A stretch of DNA of 64,000 nt, from assembly GCA_002269645.1 (NCBI GenBank), contig NIVC01002608.1, positions 62,001 to 126,000 on the forward strand. The letters are read 5' to 3'. Within the stretch, counting starts at the first letter, position 1; every line of letters starts with the position of its first letter. The notes beneath the pieces were generated by a model, which saw only the letters and a list, made by a program, of their open reading frames with translations, was not told the DNA's origin and did not search any database. This document shows positions 61,801-64,000 of this stretch, in pieces. This DNA comes from Macrostomum lignano. Taxonomy: Eukaryota. The translations under genes were made by a program, and so were the position numbers.

Positions 61801-63594
61801 ATTCCTACCGTACCTGGAGGAGTGCGCCTGACAGGTGTTCCCGGAGGAGTGCGCCTGACAGGTGTACCCGGAGGAGTGCGCCCGACAGGTGTACCCGGAG
61901 GAGTGCGCCTGACAGGTGTACCTGGAGGAATTCGCCTGACAAACATACGTGCGTCATCTGCTCCAGTACCCGGACTGCGCTGCACACAATTTCGCGTTTT
62001 TCGCCAGCCGGCTAGGCCGCCTCCTCCTGCTTATCCAGGGCATACTACGCCAATGGAGAGCCGGCCACCCGACCAGTCAGCCAGCCAGCCAGCCAGCCGA
62101 CCAGCCAGCCAGCCAACCAAGCAACCTGCCGAACAGCCGACCAGCCAGTCAGCTGGCCAGCCGACCAGTCAGCCAGCCAGCCAGCCAGCCGACCAGTCAG
62201 CCAGCCAGCCAGCCAGCCGACCAGCCAGCCAGCCAACCAACCAACCTGCCGAACAGCCGACCAGACAGTCAGCTGGCCAGCCGACCAGCCAGTCAGCAAG
62301 CAAGCCAGCCAGCCGACCAGCCAGCCAGCCAACCAATCAACCTGCCGAACAGCCGACCAGCCAGTCAGCTAGCCAGCAAGCCGACCAGTCAGCCAGCCAG
62401 CCGACCAGCCAGCCAGCTAGCCAGCCGAGCCGTAAGCGAGTCAGCCAAAGTTACGAGGAGACGTTTTTGACTGACCTAACCAACCTACCAGCTAAACGGC
62501 GTCAAAGTTCTGCATCGGTGGATACGGAGCGAAAGCTGTTCACCGTCAGAACTGACAGATCGGACTACGCTATCTGGACCTATGAGCGTGACAGCTTGCA
62601 TGGCACACGCTGGATTTCAGCAAGTGTACGTGTCGAAACTGAATCACTCGTTGATGATTAAAATTAAAATCTCATCATGCATTCCCCTCGTTCACTGCTG
62701 CAGATCCCCAACGCCTACATAGCTGTACTGGCATGTCAGGCTAAGTGTGGCATTACGCCTCTGTACAATTACGAGGTGGACACACTAGGGGACGCCATCC
62801 TGCAAGACGAACTTCAGACGAAGCTTGTGAATGCTAATAGGAAGGCAGGCTCCCGCATTCTTGTCGGCCCTCTGCTACTTAGCCATCACTTTTGCCTGCT
62901 CATCATAGACTTACGACTGCGCAGTCTCGTTGTCATTGACCCGAAGGTCAGGCAGAGCGACGAGCTGACTAAGAAATTCGTTATCGCTGTCAAGTAAGCT
63001 AAAGTTCTGTTGAAACAGTAAACTTGCTCCATTTCGACATGAAGGTCCAAAAGTTTGCGAAACACCCACATTGCTACTTACCCCTAAACACCCACCTAAT
63101 CTGCACGCAGCCAACTGCAACATCTTACTGGCTGGCCGACCCTGGACAAGCCTGCACGCATGCCAGGGCACTTCGTTCAGGAGGACAGCTACAGCTGTGG
63201 CATCCTGGTGTGCCTCTTTGCGGAGAGCGTCATTTATACGAAGCACACCGTCCTGCCAGAAGTCGTTCACAACCTCCCTTACCAGAGACTGCGCATCTGG
63301 AATACCTTGGTGAAGGCCGCCATCGGCTCGAGTGGCCTGTGCTTCACCTGTGGCGAGGAGGAAGTTTTTTCGACTCGGCGGCACAGGAAGCCGGATGAAT
63401 GGGTAAGAAACATTTGCACACAGCAGCAGTACACGTGTCAAAATTACCTTCCCCATGCCCCTTTATCTTCATCACAGATTGCCTGTGATTCCTGTGAAGC
63501 CTGGCATCACCAGTTCTGCGTTGGAATCGCAAAGCTAGCACCGTCAAGGGTGTGGCACTGCCCCACTTGCCGGCTCGGAAGGCAGACAGACTGA
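58848..63594 (+). CDS. Mutator-like (MULE) transposase with SWIM finger, Ulp1-like (C48) peptidase and PHD finger; 6 exons, ~1290 aa
   Basis: Exons 58848-59095, 59610-59744, 59835-62625, 62704-62993, 63111-63402, 63478-63594; GT-AG, phase-consistent, no stops. MULE DDE residues SYDTGF / VFDGE / CWNH / NQSEALN; SWIM CSCPMQTKCTH; peptidase HFCLLIID...VVIDP...QEDSYSCG; PHD CFTC...CDSCEAWHHQFC...WHCPTC. Confidence 0.88.
61165..62430 (+). repeat. In-frame coding repeats inside the MULE gene: (GCCA)-derived QPAS tracts at ~61165-61320 and ~62070-62430, and a 27-bp GVPGGVRLT repeat x5 at ~61795-61945
   Basis: Read directly from the DNA and the 59884-62661 translation. Confidence 0.9.
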
Positions 63595-64000
63595 TTGACG
63601 AATGGTAATTATCATGATCTGACTAGTCTGTTTCGAGTATCAGCTTGCAGCATTTACTTGCAGCAATTTATAAGTACAACACTTCTCTATAAAATCCACT
63701 GAAGTCGTTCCATTTTTGTCTTTATTCAACCGATAATTTTACGCAAGCATTAGATACAAAAATAAGTATGTCGAAAAAAAGTCATCACGATTAATTATGT
63801 TACAAAGTGTCTTGAATTTCATTAATTCAAGAATAAATTCATTTTGTTGGAGACCACTCAGTTGCGACATTGTCGTTTTTCACCGTTTATTACTGACATG
63901 CCCAGTCCTCTTATGTTTTATCCACAGAACTTACACAAAATGCTCAATCAGCGTTCTCTTTTTAGAATAGAACTGAGTAGAAATAGATACGCGCTCACAC

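Overview
Eukaryotic (metazoan invertebrate) genomic DNA. GC-rich exons and minisatellite-filled introns suggest a free-living flatworm such as Macrostomum (inference only). In order: the 3' part of a decayed Ty3/gypsy retrotransposon with its 3' LTR; an intronless DEG/ENaC channel gene (-); a 7-exon PCF11 gene (-); two tandem 4-exon K2P/TWIK potassium-channel paralogs (-); a 9-exon CLINT1/epsinR gene (+); an intronless SARNP/CIP29 gene (-); two decayed mariner elements; and an apparently intact 6-exon Mutator-like (MULE) transposase gene with SWIM, Ulp1-type protease and PHD domains (+). There are also several non-autonomous DNA elements. About 17 kb (roughly a quarter of the window, hand estimate) is tandem repeat, mostly 19-32 bp minisatellites inside introns and close to splice sites. 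The most notable unexplained patterns are: locus-specific shared cores between these arrays; a pair of mutually reverse-complementary arrays bracketing one CLINT1 exon; an array built from copies of a real splice donor; a probable gene-conversion tract between the K2P paralogs; and the MULE domain architecture. All gene models were built by hand from splice signals and phase consistency, so boundaries may be off by a few bases.
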